This document shows, in pieces, positions 19,128-27,680 of a stretch of DNA of 64,000 nt. Location: the NCBI GenBank assembly GCA_036555665.1, contig DATBKW010000373.1:1898-65897 (forward strand), in the 5' to 3' direction. Below the pieces are notes generated by a model. The model saw only the letters and a program-made list of their open reading frames with translations, did not search any database and had not been told where the DNA came from. Within the stretch, counting starts at the first letter, position 1; every line of letters starts with the position of its first letter. Position numbers and translations under genes: made by a program. The DNA comes from Solirubrobacteraceae bacterium. GTDB taxonomy: Bacteria > Actinomycetota > Thermoleophilia > Solirubrobacterales > Solirubrobacteraceae.

Positions 19128-20219
19128 ATGGTGCTCGCGCGGCGGGGGCGCGAAGATCGCGCCGTGGCGTTTGTGTGCCCCGTCTGCGGCTATCCGGATC
19201 TCGAGGATCCGCCGCGCGGCGCGTCGGGCGCCGGCTCGCTGGAGATCTGCCCGTCGTGCGGCTTTCAGTTCGGCAAGTCCGACGACGACGACGGCTGGAG
19301 CTACGCGGCGTGGCGCGAGCGGTGGATCGCGGAAGGGATGCCGTGGGACCGCGGCTCGTCGGAGCCTCCGGAGGGCTGGGACCCGCGGGCGCAGCTGCGC
19401 GCTGTGGTGAGCGACGGCGAGCACGGGCAGACGTTCGTCGAGTACCTGGCGGTGTTCGCGGTCATCGTGGTGATCGTCGGCGGGTTGGTGACCGCGGCGC
19501 CCAGCGTGGCGTCGGGGGTCACCTCGACGGTGTGCGCGCTGATCGGGAGCGGGTGTGGCGGGACCGGTGCGGGTGGAGCGGGCGGCGCCCCAAGCGCCTC
19601 AACTCCTCAGCAGCCAGGCTCGTCGACTGGCCAGGCTCCTGCGCTCGGCGGCATCGGAGGAGTGCTCGCGGGCGTGGGCTCCGGCGGCGCGGCGTCCAAC
19701 CCGCTCGGCGAGCAGGTCCAGACCGCCGCGGGCGACGCGCAGGCGCTGCGCGACGCCGGCGGCAACGCGTGGGGCCGCCCCGGCACGCTCGCGCGCCACT
19801 TCCGCGACCACGGCGGCGACTTCGGTGCGACCGACCCCGAGGACTACGCCCAGCGCGCACAGGACTTCTTCCAGCGCGCTGTGAGCGAGCGCCTGCCGAC
19901 CAAGGTCGACACCGACGGCACGATCCGCGTCTACGACCCGGCGACGAACGAGTTCGGCTCCTACAACGCCGACGGCACGACGCGCACGTACTTCAAGCCG
20001 ACGCTCGGGCAGGCCTACTGGGACAACCAGCCGGGCAGCGATCCGTGGGCGGAGCCGCCTGGCGGCGGGGAGCCGCCGGCGGGCGGGAAGCCTCCCGCGG
20101 GTGAGGAGCCGCCTGCGGGCGAGGAACCGCCCGCGCCCGAGGTCCCAGAGGTCCCGGAAGTCCCCGAGGTGCCCGAGGTCCCGGAGTTGCCCTTCCCGGA
20201 GATCCCGATCATCCCCTGA
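19128..20219 (+). CDS. Tripartite protein: N-terminal 4-Cys zinc ribbon, Flp/TadE-like hydrophobic segment, Gly-rich linker, toxin-like C-terminal domain, Pro-rich tail
   Basis: Frame of track ORF 18669..20219 after the ileS stop. ATG at 19128 (alternative GTG at 19164). 'CPVCGYPD...EICPSCGF', then 'EHGQTFVEYLAVFAVIVVIVGG', then 'ARHFRDHGGDFGATDPEDYAQRAQDFF...TRTYFKP'. No stop separates the modules. Confidence 0.55.
   Translation: MVLARRGREDRAVAFVCPVCGYPDLEDPPRGASGAGSLEICPSCGFQFGKSDDDDGWSYAAWRERWIAEGMPWDRGSSEPPEGWDPRAQLRAVVSDGEHGQTFVEYLAVFAVIVVIVGGLVTAAPSVASGVTSTVCALIGSGCGGTGAGGAGGAPSASTPQQPGSSTGQAPALGGIGGVLAGVGSGGAASNPLGEQVQTAAGDAQALRDAGGNAWGRPGTLARHFRDHGGDFGATDPEDYAQRAQDFFQRAVSERLPTKVDTDGTIRVYDPATNEFGSYNADGTTRTYFKPTLGQAYWDNQPGSDPWAEPPGGGEPPAGGKPPAGEEPPAGEEPPAPEVPEVPEVPEVPEVPELPFPEIPIIP
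20136..20180 (+). repeat. 9-nt coding tandem repeat encoding (PEV)5
   Basis: ccc gag gtc / cca gag gtc / ccg gaa gtc / ccc gag gtg / ccc gag gtc, read directly. Confidence 0.9.
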
Positions 20220-20327
20220 CGGACCTGCACGCGGTCTCTGACACCTGCGCGATCACTTCCCAAGTCCCGGCTCGTGGATGCCGAAACAGGACGAGTCCTT
20301 TCCCCCGACGATGGGACAGCACATGTA

Positions 20328-20367
20328 AGGGCGGTCGCGTTCCCCAACCGCGGCCGCCCTCTTTTAT
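20328..20367 (+). terminator. Rho-independent terminator-like hairpin
   Basis: AGGGCGGTCGCG-ttccccaac-CGCGGCCGCCCT (12 bp, one G-U) followed by CTTTTAT. Lies 109 nt after the stop at 20219. Confidence 0.55.
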
Positions 20368-20466
20368 GCCTTTGCGCGGCGTCTGTAAAAAGACGCGCGC
20401 GATCACCTGGTCCGACGGCTCACCGCACGTACCGTCGCTGTCGTACACGCGACGAAGGGAGCACAG

Positions 20467-20823
20467 GTGGACCGGGACAAGCTGAAGACGGTGGTCGAGG
20501 GGATCCCGCCGGGGCACTGGATGAGCTACGCCGACGTCTGTGTGGCGGCAGGCGGCTTCCCCGACGAGGCGCGCAGCGTCAACCAGCGCCTGATCCAGCT
20601 CGAGGTGCCCAATGCGCACCGCGTGCTGTGCGCCGACGGCAGGGTCGCCGAGAAGGCCCTCGGCGACCCTGCGCAGGTGCGTGAGTTGCTCAACCGCGAC
20701 GGCCTGGTCTTCGACGAGCGCGATCGCGCGAGTCAGGACGCGCGCGTGCGGCTCGCCGAAGCCGGCGCGGATGAGCCCGCGGCCCCGAGCAAGCGCAAGC
20801 GCGTGTCAGCGCGTGGCGGCTGA
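20467..20823 (+). CDS. Alkyltransferase-like (ATL) protein: MGMT DNA-binding domain without acceptor Cys
   Basis: 118 aa, GTG start preceded by AAGGGAG. '[27 protein letters not shown]...VPNAHRVL' aligns with the MGMT 'PCHRV' region but has Ala in place of Cys. Confidence 0.7.
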   Translation: MDRDKLKTVVEGIPPGHWMSYADVCVAAGGFPDEARSVNQRLIQLEVPNAHRVLCADGRVAEKALGDPAQVRELLNRDGLVFDERDRASQDARVRLAEAGADEPAAPSKRKRVSARGG

Positions 20824-20862
20824 GCAACTCGGCAGCGTGCGGCGGGGGAGCGGGTGAGCCGG

Positions 20863-21189
20863 TTACGCCAGCGCGGGCTCGAGCTCGGCCTCGAGGCGCT
20901 TCTTCGGGTACGCGCCGATGACCTTCTTGGCCTCGGCGCCGCCCTTGAAGAGGATCAGGGTCGGGATCGACAGGACCTGGTAGGTCGCGGCGGTCTGCTG
21001 GTTCTCGTCGACGTTGAGCTTGACGATTCGCAGGTCGTCGCGCTCCTGCGCGATCTCCTCGAGGACGGGAGCCACCACGCGGCACGGCCCACACCAAGGC
21101 GCCCAGAAATCCACCAGCACGGGGGTCTCGGACTCGATGACCTCTGCCTGGAAGTTGGCGTCGGTGACCTCGATGATGTTGGCTGCCAT
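20863..21189 (-). CDS. trxA: Thioredoxin
   Basis: ATG at 21189 preceded by GGAGAA. 'VLVDFWAPWCGPCR' contains the WCGPC active site. 108 aa. Confidence 0.9.
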   Translation of the reverse strand: MAANIIEVTDANFQAEVIESETPVLVDFWAPWCGPCRVVAPVLEEIAQERDDLRIVKLNVDENQQTAATYQVLSIPTLILFKGGAEAKKVIGAYPKKRLEAELEPALA

Positions 21190-21295
21190 TCGGGTTTCTC
21201 CTGGTCGCGTGCTGGCCTCTTGCCAGTCACTATACAAAGTGTAGTAGCCCCTGCGGCGGTGCCGTTACACGACCGAGCTACCCGCGGCGGCGCGG

Positions 21296-22000
21296 CTACA
21301 CGACCGGCGACGCGAGCCGCAGCAGGTGCGGCCATGCGAACACCTCTATGCACGCCGCCAGCACGAGCATCGGCACCGCGATCGCGGTCGTCGCCGCAGT
21401 GGCGGCAAGCAGCTCGTTCCAGGCGCCCCGGCGGCTGGCGACCATCCACGCCGCCAGCGGCAGGAACAGCGCCAGCAGCTCCGGCAGCGCGTGGGGCAGC
21501 AGGGTGAGCATCAGCATCCCCTGGCTGATGTCGAGCTGACCGGAGATCGTCGACGCGCCGCTGCCCAGCACGTAGGCCTGTGTGCCGAGCGAGAAGGCGG
21601 TGGCCGCGCCGACGAACGCGATCGCGGCAGGACCGGCCTTCTCGTGCACCGTGCGCCACCAGCCGCTGTGCTGCTCCGCCTGCAGCGGCATCGAGCTGCC
21701 GGCGATGAACCCCGCGACGCACGCCATGGCGTGGAGCGCGAGCACGAGCGAGTTGCGGAACAGCACGTGACCCACGGAGCCATATGTGGCCGGCGTGTTG
21801 AGGCCGGGCAGGAGGTAGCCAGTGGCGTCGGGCTGTGTGGCATGGCCCACGAGCAGCACCGTCACGAGAAGAGCGATGGCGATCGCCGCGGCACCGAGCG
21901 CCCAGGGGCGAACGGCCGCGAGCGGCGCCGCGTTCCAGCGCCGCAGAGCGGCGCGCGTGTCGTCCATGCCCTGAACGAGGGCGAGCTGGCTGACCTTCAC
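21296..22000 (-). CDS. SpoIIM/DUF95-like integral membrane protein
   Basis: GTG at 22000 overlaps the upstream stop (GTGA). Multi-TM. 'LLPHALPELLALFLPLAAW' resembles the conserved H-x-x-x-E motif of the DUF95 family. Confidence 0.65.
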   Translation of the reverse strand: MKVSQLALVQGMDDTRAALRRWNAAPLAAVRPWALGAAAIAIALLVTVLLVGHATQPDATGYLLPGLNTPATYGSVGHVLFRNSLVLALHAMACVAGFIAGSSMPLQAEQHSGWWRTVHEKAGPAAIAFVGAATAFSLGTQAYVLGSGASTISGQLDISQGMLMLTLLPHALPELLALFLPLAAWMVASRRGAWNELLAATAATTAIAVPMLVLAACIEVFAWPHLLRLASPVV

Positions 22001-22791
22001 CCTGTATCGCTTCGGCGCGGCGACGACCGCGCTTGAGCGCCCGCGGCCGGATGTCGGACCCCCGCGGCGCCGCGCCGGAGCTGTGGCACGAGCCACGCCG
22101 CCTCGGCAGTGATCCTCCACGACATCTTCGACGTCCCGCGCACACGGTCGCGAAAGACGATTGGAACCTCGACGACGCGAAAGCCGCGCACGAGCGCGCG
22201 ATACGTCAGCTCGACCTGGAACGCGTAGCCCCGCGAGCGCACGCTCTGCAGGTCGATTGCCTCCAGCACGTCGGCCCGAAAGCACTTGAAGCCGCCCGTC
22301 AGGTCGCGTACGTCGATGCCCAGCGTGCGGCGCGCGTACCACGAGCCGCCGCGGCTGACGACGCGCCGCACGAGCCCCCAGTCGGCCACCCCGCCGCCGG
22401 GCACGTAACGTGAGCCCAGGGCGACGTCGGCGTCGCCGTCGCGCACCGGGGCGAGCAGGCGCGCGAGATCGGCGGGGTCATGGGAGAGGTCGGCATCCAT
22501 CTCGAAGACGTAGCCCGCGCCCCCGTCCAGGGCGCGCGCGAAGCCCGCGAGATATGCAGGCCCGAGGCCCTCGCGCGCCGAGCGATGGAGCACCTCGACC
22601 TCGCCGGGATGCGCCGCGGCCAGCTCGTCGGCGAGGCGCCCCGTCCCGTCCGGCGAGTCGTCGTCGACGACGAGCACGCGAAAGCCGCCCGGCGCGGCGT
22701 CGGCCAGCACGCGCCGCGCGGCCGCGACGACGGTCTCGAGATTCTCGGCCTCGTTGAAGGTGGGCAGGACGAGCCAGGGCGGTCCGGGCAT
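21997..22791 (-). CDS. Polyprenol/dolichol-phosphate mannosyltransferase (GT2, Ppm1-like)
   Basis: 264 aa. 'LVLPTFNEAENL', 'VVDDDSPDGT', 'FEMDADLSH', 'GFKCFR' are typical of DPM1/Ppm1-type GT2 enzymes. Confidence 0.8.
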   Translation of the reverse strand: MPGPPWLVLPTFNEAENLETVVAAARRVLADAAPGGFRVLVVDDDSPDGTGRLADELAAAHPGEVEVLHRSAREGLGPAYLAGFARALDGGAGYVFEMDADLSHDPADLARLLAPVRDGDADVALGSRYVPGGGVADWGLVRRVVSRGGSWYARRTLGIDVRDLTGGFKCFRADVLEAIDLQSVRSRGYAFQVELTYRALVRGFRVVEVPIVFRDRVRGTSKMSWRITAEAAWLVPQLRRGAAGVRHPAAGAQARSSPRRSDTG

Positions 22792-22808
22792 AGCGGGCCG
22801 CGTACCTT

Positions 22809-24560
22809 ATGGGCGAGCGCCTCATGACCGACCCACCCTCCAATGCCACCATCGCCGCGCTGTTCGACGAGCTCGGCGACCTCTACGAGCTCGACGGCGC
22901 GGTGGTCCACCGCGTGGTCGCCTACCGCAACGCGGCCAAGTCCGTCCGCGAAGCGCCGCGCTCGGTCGCCGCGATGGCGCTCGACGGCAAGGTCACGCAG
23001 CTGCCCGGGATCGGCCGCACCCTCGAGGAGAAGATCCTCGCGCTGATCGAGACCGGTTCGATCCCCGCGGTGGAGAAGCTCCGCGCCAAGTTCCCGCCCG
23101 GCCTGATCGACCTCACGCGCCTGCCAGGCCTGGGCCCCAAGCGCGCGCGCAAGCTCTTCGACGAGCTGGACATCGACTCGCTCGACGCCCTGCAGGCCGC
23201 GGCCGAGGAGCACAGGCTGCGCGACGTGCGCGGCTTCGGCGAGAAGTTCGAGGAGACCGTCCTCGCATCGCTGGCCGCCGGCGCGGGCGACGCGCCGCGC
23301 GAGCGCGTCCTGCTCAGCAAGGCGCTCGAGATCGGCGACGCCATCGTCGACGCCCTGCGCGCGCATCCCGCCTCCGACCGTGTCCAGCTCGCCGGCTCGG
23401 CGCGGCGGCTGACCGACGCGGTCAAGGACCTCGACATCATCGCCACGGCGTCCGACCCCCCGGCGCTGCTGGCCGCCTTCGCCGCGCTGGACATCATCGA
23501 GACCGCCTCGTCGCCCGGCGAGAACGCCGCCCGGGCGCGCACGCATACCGGCGTGTCGATCGACATGCGCGTCGTCGAGCCCGACCAGTTCGGCAACCTC
23601 CTGCAGCACTTCACGGGCTCCAAGGAGCACAACATGGCGCTGCGCGAGGCGGCCGTGCGCCGCGGCCTGCACGTCTCGGAGTACGGCCTGCTCGACGACT
23701 CCACCGGCACGACGCACCGCTGCGCGACCGAGGAGGAGGTCTACGGGCTGCTCGGGCTGCCGTGGATCCCGCCCGAGCTGCGCGAGAACCGCGGCGAGCT
23801 GGCGCTGCGCAACGGCCAGGTTCCCGCGCTCGTCGAGCACGCTGACCTCAAGGGCGACCTGCACATGCACACGACCCTCAGCGACGGGCGCAACAGCGCC
23901 GAGGAGATGGCGCTGCGCGCGCGCGAGCTGGGCCTCGCGTACATCGCGATCACCGACCACTCGGCCTCGCACGGCTTCGGCAACGACGTCTCGCCCGATG
24001 CTCTGAAGAAGCAGATCGAGGAGATCCGCGAGCTCGACGAGCGCATCGAGGGCATCCGCGTGCTGATCGGCACCGAGACGAACATCGGCACCACCGGCAG
24101 TCCCGACTACGACGACGACCTGCTCGCGCAGCTCGACTGGGTGATTGGCTCGGTGCATACGTCGTTTGCCATCGGCGCCGACGCGATGACCGACCGCATC
24201 GTCGCCGCCATCGAGCACCCGCTCATCGACGCCATTGGCCATCCGACCGGCCGCAAGATCACGCGCCGCGCGCCCTATGCCGTCGACCTCGACCGCGTCA
24301 TCGACGCCGCGGCCCGCACGGGCACGATGCTCGAGATCAACTCCGCGCCCGACCGCCGCGACCTCAACGACGTCAACGCGCGCAACGCCGTCCAGGCCGG
24401 GGTGCGCATCATCGTCAACTCCGACGCGCACGGCGCCGAGACGCTCATCCACACCCGCTGGGGTGTGGCCACCGCGCGCCGCGCATGGCTGACGAAGGCC
24501 GACGTCGCCAACACGCTGCCCTGGACGAAGTTCGCCAAGCTCAGGAAGCGCGCGCGCTGA
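22809..24560 (+). CDS. polX: Family X DNA polymerase with C-terminal PHP domain (PolX)
   Basis: 583 aa. HhH motifs 'LPGIGRTLEEKI' and 'LPGLGPKRARKL', Pol-beta nucleotidyltransferase 'GSARRLTDAVKDLDIIA', PHP 'GDLHMHTTLSDG...ITDHS...NSDAH'. Confidence 0.85.
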   Translation: MGERLMTDPPSNATIAALFDELGDLYELDGAVVHRVVAYRNAAKSVREAPRSVAAMALDGKVTQLPGIGRTLEEKILALIETGSIPAVEKLRAKFPPGLIDLTRLPGLGPKRARKLFDELDIDSLDALQAAAEEHRLRDVRGFGEKFEETVLASLAAGAGDAPRERVLLSKALEIGDAIVDALRAHPASDRVQLAGSARRLTDAVKDLDIIATASDPPALLAAFAALDIIETASSPGENAARARTHTGVSIDMRVVEPDQFGNLLQHFTGSKEHNMALREAAVRRGLHVSEYGLLDDSTGTTHRCATEEEVYGLLGLPWIPPELRENRGELALRNGQVPALVEHADLKGDLHMHTTLSDGRNSAEEMALRARELGLAYIAITDHSASHGFGNDVSPDALKKQIEEIRELDERIEGIRVLIGTETNIGTTGSPDYDDDLLAQLDWVIGSVHTSFAIGADAMTDRIVAAIEHPLIDAIGHPTGRKITRRAPYAVDLDRVIDAAARTGTMLEINSAPDRRDLNDVNARNAVQAGVRIIVNSDAHGAETLIHTRWGVATARRAWLTKADVANTLPWTKFAKLRKRAR

Positions 24561-25521
24561 GCAGGGCCGGCAGCAGCTCGTCGCGCACCGCCGCGTCGGC
24601 GGCCGCACGGCGGTAGGGCGCGATCGTCTGCAGCGCGCGCTCGGCGTAACCGGCCGGCGGGTCGTCGAGCGCCGCGCGCAGCGCGCCGCCGAGGTCGTCG
24701 GAGACGAACCGCGGGTCAAGAACACGCGCGACCGGCAGCGCCGCATACGGGCCCGGCGCCGCCGTGGTCACCAGCAGGCAGCCGTCGGCGAGCGCCTCTA
24801 GCTGGGCCACGCCGTAGTCCTCGCGCCGCGGCGCGGTGACGAACACGCGCGCGCGGCGCAGCAGCGCCCGATAGGCGGCCGGCTCGAGCGGCCCAGTCGA
24901 GCGCACGCCGTCGGCGCGGGGTACGCGGTCGGTCCCCGTGACCACGAGCTCCTCGTCCGGCCGCCGTGCGGCCGCCCACGCGGCGAGCACGCGGTCAAGC
25001 CCCTTCTTCGAGGGGTTGGCGGCGTAGGTGATCGCCGCGATGTCGCGTTGCGCAGCCGCCGGGCCCGACGGCTCGACGGGTATCGGCACGACGACGGCCC
25101 GCGCGCGCGGCGACGGCGACTCGTCGAGCGTCCCCGGCGCCTGGGGAACGAGCAGCGGCGCCTCGCGCAGCCGGCGGCGCTCGAGCGAGCGCTGCCAGAT
25201 GCCGTGGCGGCCCGGGCGGTTACCGGCCGCCGGGGCGTCGTAGCGGATCGCGCCCGCCCGCGGCCAAAGCAGCGCCGCGGTGACCGTGCAATAGACGATC
25301 GCCCGCGGCCGGTGCTCGGCGATCCCGCGCTGCGCCGCCACCCGCGCCGCGCGCGCCCAGACGAGGTCGGTCAGGGCCAGCGTGCGGACCTCGCGCGGCG
25401 CGCGTGCCGCGACGACCGCCGCGCCGGCCCCCGCGCGTTGCATGGCGCCCGCCAGCTCGGCGTCGGCCGCGCGCAGGCCCGCGGTCGAGCCGAGCGAGAC
25501 CACAAGGATGTCGGTGGCCAT
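24541..25521 (-). CDS. Glycosyltransferase (GT-B, GT4-like)
   Basis: ATG at 25521 in track ORF 24541..25929. C-terminal 'ARVFVTAPRREDYGVAQLEALADGCLLVTT' carries an E-x7-E type motif. Confidence 0.65.
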   Translation of the reverse strand: MATDILVVSLGSTAGLRAADAELAGAMQRAGAGAAVVAARAPREVRTLALTDLVWARAARVAAQRGIAEHRPRAIVYCTVTAALLWPRAGAIRYDAPAAGNRPGRHGIWQRSLERRRLREAPLLVPQAPGTLDESPSPRARAVVVPIPVEPSGPAAAQRDIAAITYAANPSKKGLDRVLAAWAAARRPDEELVVTGTDRVPRADGVRSTGPLEPAAYRALLRRARVFVTAPRREDYGVAQLEALADGCLLVTTAAPGPYAALPVARVLDPRFVSDDLGGALRAALDDPPAGYAERALQTIAPYRRAAADAAVRDELLPALLSARAS

Positions 25522-26060
25522 CAGCCGGTGCCGCTGCCGTTGACCGACGTCAGCGTCGGCACCTCGCGGCGGAAACCGGGGGTGCGCACGAGCTGGATCG
25601 GGCGGATCGGCGACGTGCGCTCGACGTAGTAGGTCACCCCGTCGCGCTCCTCCACCGCGAGCACCGCCGCGTCCTGGCGCCGCCAGGCCAGCGACCAGAT
25701 GATCGCGAAGCCGCACGCCACCGCGGGCACCTGCGCGAACAGGAAGCCGATTGCGCCGGCGGCCACCGTGGAGAGCAGCAGCGGCCAGAGGCGGTTGAGG
25801 ACGACCGCGCCCGGGCGGTGCTCGGGGAGCATCGTGGCCACCTTGGCGTCGGCGAGCAGGCGCCCGATCGAGACCGTGACCTGCGCGCGGCGGCCCAGCG
25901 CGATGCCGATGATCGAGGCGGCGACCCACCAGCCGGCGGCGATAAGCACGAGCGTGTTGTTGTTCTCGCCCGTCGCGGCGATGACCGTGATGATCGCGAG
26001 CATCGTCGCCGCGCCCGCGCTGAGCATGACGGTGCTCTTGAGCAGGTCGACGAAGCGCAC
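25521..26060 (-). CDS. Small integral membrane protein, unknown function
   Basis: GTG at 26060, 7 nt after the otsB stop. About 4 TM helices plus a soluble tail. Its stop overlaps the downstream ATG by 1 nt (TGATG). Confidence 0.5.
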   Translation of the reverse strand: MRFVDLLKSTVMLSAGAATMLAIITVIAATGENNNTLVLIAAGWWVAASIIGIALGRRAQVTVSIGRLLADAKVATMLPEHRPGAVVLNRLWPLLLSTVAAGAIGFLFAQVPAVACGFAIIWSLAWRRQDAAVLAVEERDGVTYYVERTSPIRPIQLVRTPGFRREVPTLTSVNGSGTG

Positions 26061-26067
26061 TGCCGGG

Positions 26068-26871
26068 CTATGCCGCCAGCGCCGATAGCAGCGTGCGCAC
26101 GCCGACCGGCCCTTCGACGAGCAGGTCGGCCTGGGCCTCGAGCTCGGCGGGCGTCTCGTCGGAGCGCACGCCCACGCACAGGGCGTACTCCAGCTGCCCC
26201 TCGCTCGCCCGCCGGCGCAGGCTCTCGAAGGCGTCGACGTCGGTGCTGTCGTCGCCCACGTAGACCGCGCTGGTGATCGCCGTGCCCTCGAGCAGACGCT
26301 CGACGCCGCGGCCCTTGTTGAGCTCGACCGGTGGGCGGACCTCGAGCACCTTGCGCCCCCAGTGCACGACCAGGCCGTCCGCCTCGGCCTGCTGCGCGAG
26401 GTCGCGGACGGCAGCCTCGGCCGTCGCCTCGTCGGGTGCGCCGCGCCAGTGATAGGCGCGGATGACGTCCTTGTCCTCGGCGCGCACGCGCAGGCGGTGC
26501 AGGCGGTCGCTCCAGGCCTCGCGGGCCCACTCGTCGATGCGCCGCGACCACGCGGCGACCTCGGGGTCGACCTCGATCTCGGTGGCGCCGCCGCGCAGGA
26601 CCTCCGCGCCATGGTTGCCGACGTAGGTGATCGAGCCCAGCGACACGATGCGCCGTGCCGTCGTCGCCCGCCGTCCGGTGACGCAGGCCACCAGGCCGTA
26701 GCGCTTGGCCACCGCGATGAGCGGAACGCGCGTGGGCTCGGGCACGTGGGCGTCGTCGGCGTGGCGCACGATCGGCGCCAGCACCCCGTCGACGTCGAGC
26801 AGGATCGCGCTGTGTCGCGGATCGGCCCGCAGGGGCTCGATGTGCTCGGCCAGTGTCGCGGCAGCGGACAC
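26068..26871 (-). CDS. otsB: Trehalose-6-phosphate phosphatase (HAD superfamily)
   Basis: 267 aa. HAD motif I 'LLDVDGVLAPI', motif II 'CVTGR', motif IV 'YVGDDSTD'. 'HWGRKVLEVRP' is typical of OtsB. Confidence 0.75.
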   Translation of the reverse strand: MSAAATLAEHIEPLRADPRHSAILLDVDGVLAPIVRHADDAHVPEPTRVPLIAVAKRYGLVACVTGRRATTARRIVSLGSITYVGNHGAEVLRGGATEIEVDPEVAAWSRRIDEWAREAWSDRLHRLRVRAEDKDVIRAYHWRGAPDEATAEAAVRDLAQQAEADGLVVHWGRKVLEVRPPVELNKGRGVERLLEGTAITSAVYVGDDSTDVDAFESLRRRASEGQLEYALCVGVRSDETPAELEAQADLLVEGPVGVRTLLSALAA

Positions 26872-26915
26872 GAACCTAGTATGCCGACGATTCTGCGCGG
26901 CGGATTACCGGCGGC

Positions 26916-27680
26916 CTACGCGTGCAGCCGGCGCCGCAGGGCGGCGACGTTGCGGCGCGCCACCGGGATCTCGGTGTCGTCGCGCATGATGAGCACGGCG
27001 GTGCCGTTGAGCTGCGCGCGCAGCTCGACCGCGTGCTTGAGATTGACGAGATAGGCGCGGTGTACGCGGGCGAAGCCGCTGGCGCCCCAATCCTTCTCGA
27101 GCTGGCTGAGCGGCGTGCGCAGCAGGAAGCGCCCGTCCTCGCAGACGATGCGCGCGTAGTCGCCGTTGGCCTGGGCGAAGGAGATCGTCTCCAGGCGCAC
27201 GAGCCGCTTGCCGCCGCCCTTGGGGTTGTCCACGGCGACGACGTCGGGGCCCGCCGCGGCGCCCTCGGAGCCGTCGGCCGAGGGGCCGCCCTTGGCGGCC
27301 TCGGTGCCGCGGACGTGCTGCTCGACGCGCGTGAGCGCCGACTCCAGCCGTTCGCGCGTCACGGGCTTGACCAGGAAGTCCAGGGCCTGGACCTCGAAGG
27401 CCTCGACGGCCGCGTCGGGGTGGCCGGTGAGGAAGACCACCGCCGGCGGGTCGGCGAACCGCCGCAGCAGACGGGCGAGGGCCATGCCCTCGATCTCGGG
27501 CATCGCGACGTCGAGGAAGAGCGCGTCGTAGCGCCCGCCCGACAGGAAGACCAGCGCCTCCTTGGCCGAGGTCGCGGTGGCGACGCGCTCGACCGAGGCC
27601 GAGGTCTCCAGCAGCCGCTTGATGTCGGTGAGCGCCCGCGGCTCGTCGTCCACGGCCAGGATCGCCAGGCCAGAGCTCAT
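26916..27680 (-). CDS. Response regulator, REC + LytTR DNA-binding domain
   Basis: 254 aa. 'ILAVDDEP', phospho-acceptor context 'DALFLDVAMPEIEG', 'FLVKP', LytTR 'ISFAQANGDYARIV...VHRAYLVNL'. Confidence 0.85.
   Translation of the reverse strand: MSSGLAILAVDDEPRALTDIKRLLETSASVERVATATSAKEALVFLSGGRYDALFLDVAMPEIEGMALARLLRRFADPPAVVFLTGHPDAAVEAFEVQALDFLVKPVTRERLESALTRVEQHVRGTEAAKGGPSADGSEGAAAGPDVVAVDNPKGGGKRLVRLETISFAQANGDYARIVCEDGRFLLRTPLSQLEKDWGASGFARVHRAYLVNLKHAVELRAQLNGTAVLIMRDDTEIPVARRNVAALRRRLHA

Noticed and set aside
15983-19129. 1048-aa ORF antisense to ileS
   Set aside because: ileS on the plus strand has HIGH and KMSKS motifs over its full length. The antisense product is low-complexity.
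20136-20180. Short tandem 9-nt repeats (here and at 52753-52824) as possible CRISPR or VNTR loci
   Set aside because: Both lie in frame inside coding sequences and encode (PEV)5 and (GAP)5 peptide repeats. There are no spacers and no cas genes.
19404-20219. Separate Flp/TadE-type gene starting at the GTG just before 'GQTFVEY'
   Set aside because: No stop codon separates it from the clearly protein-like Zn-ribbon segment upstream in the same frame. The single fused ORF is therefore the conservative annotation, and the internal start is retained only as a hypothesis in the findings.
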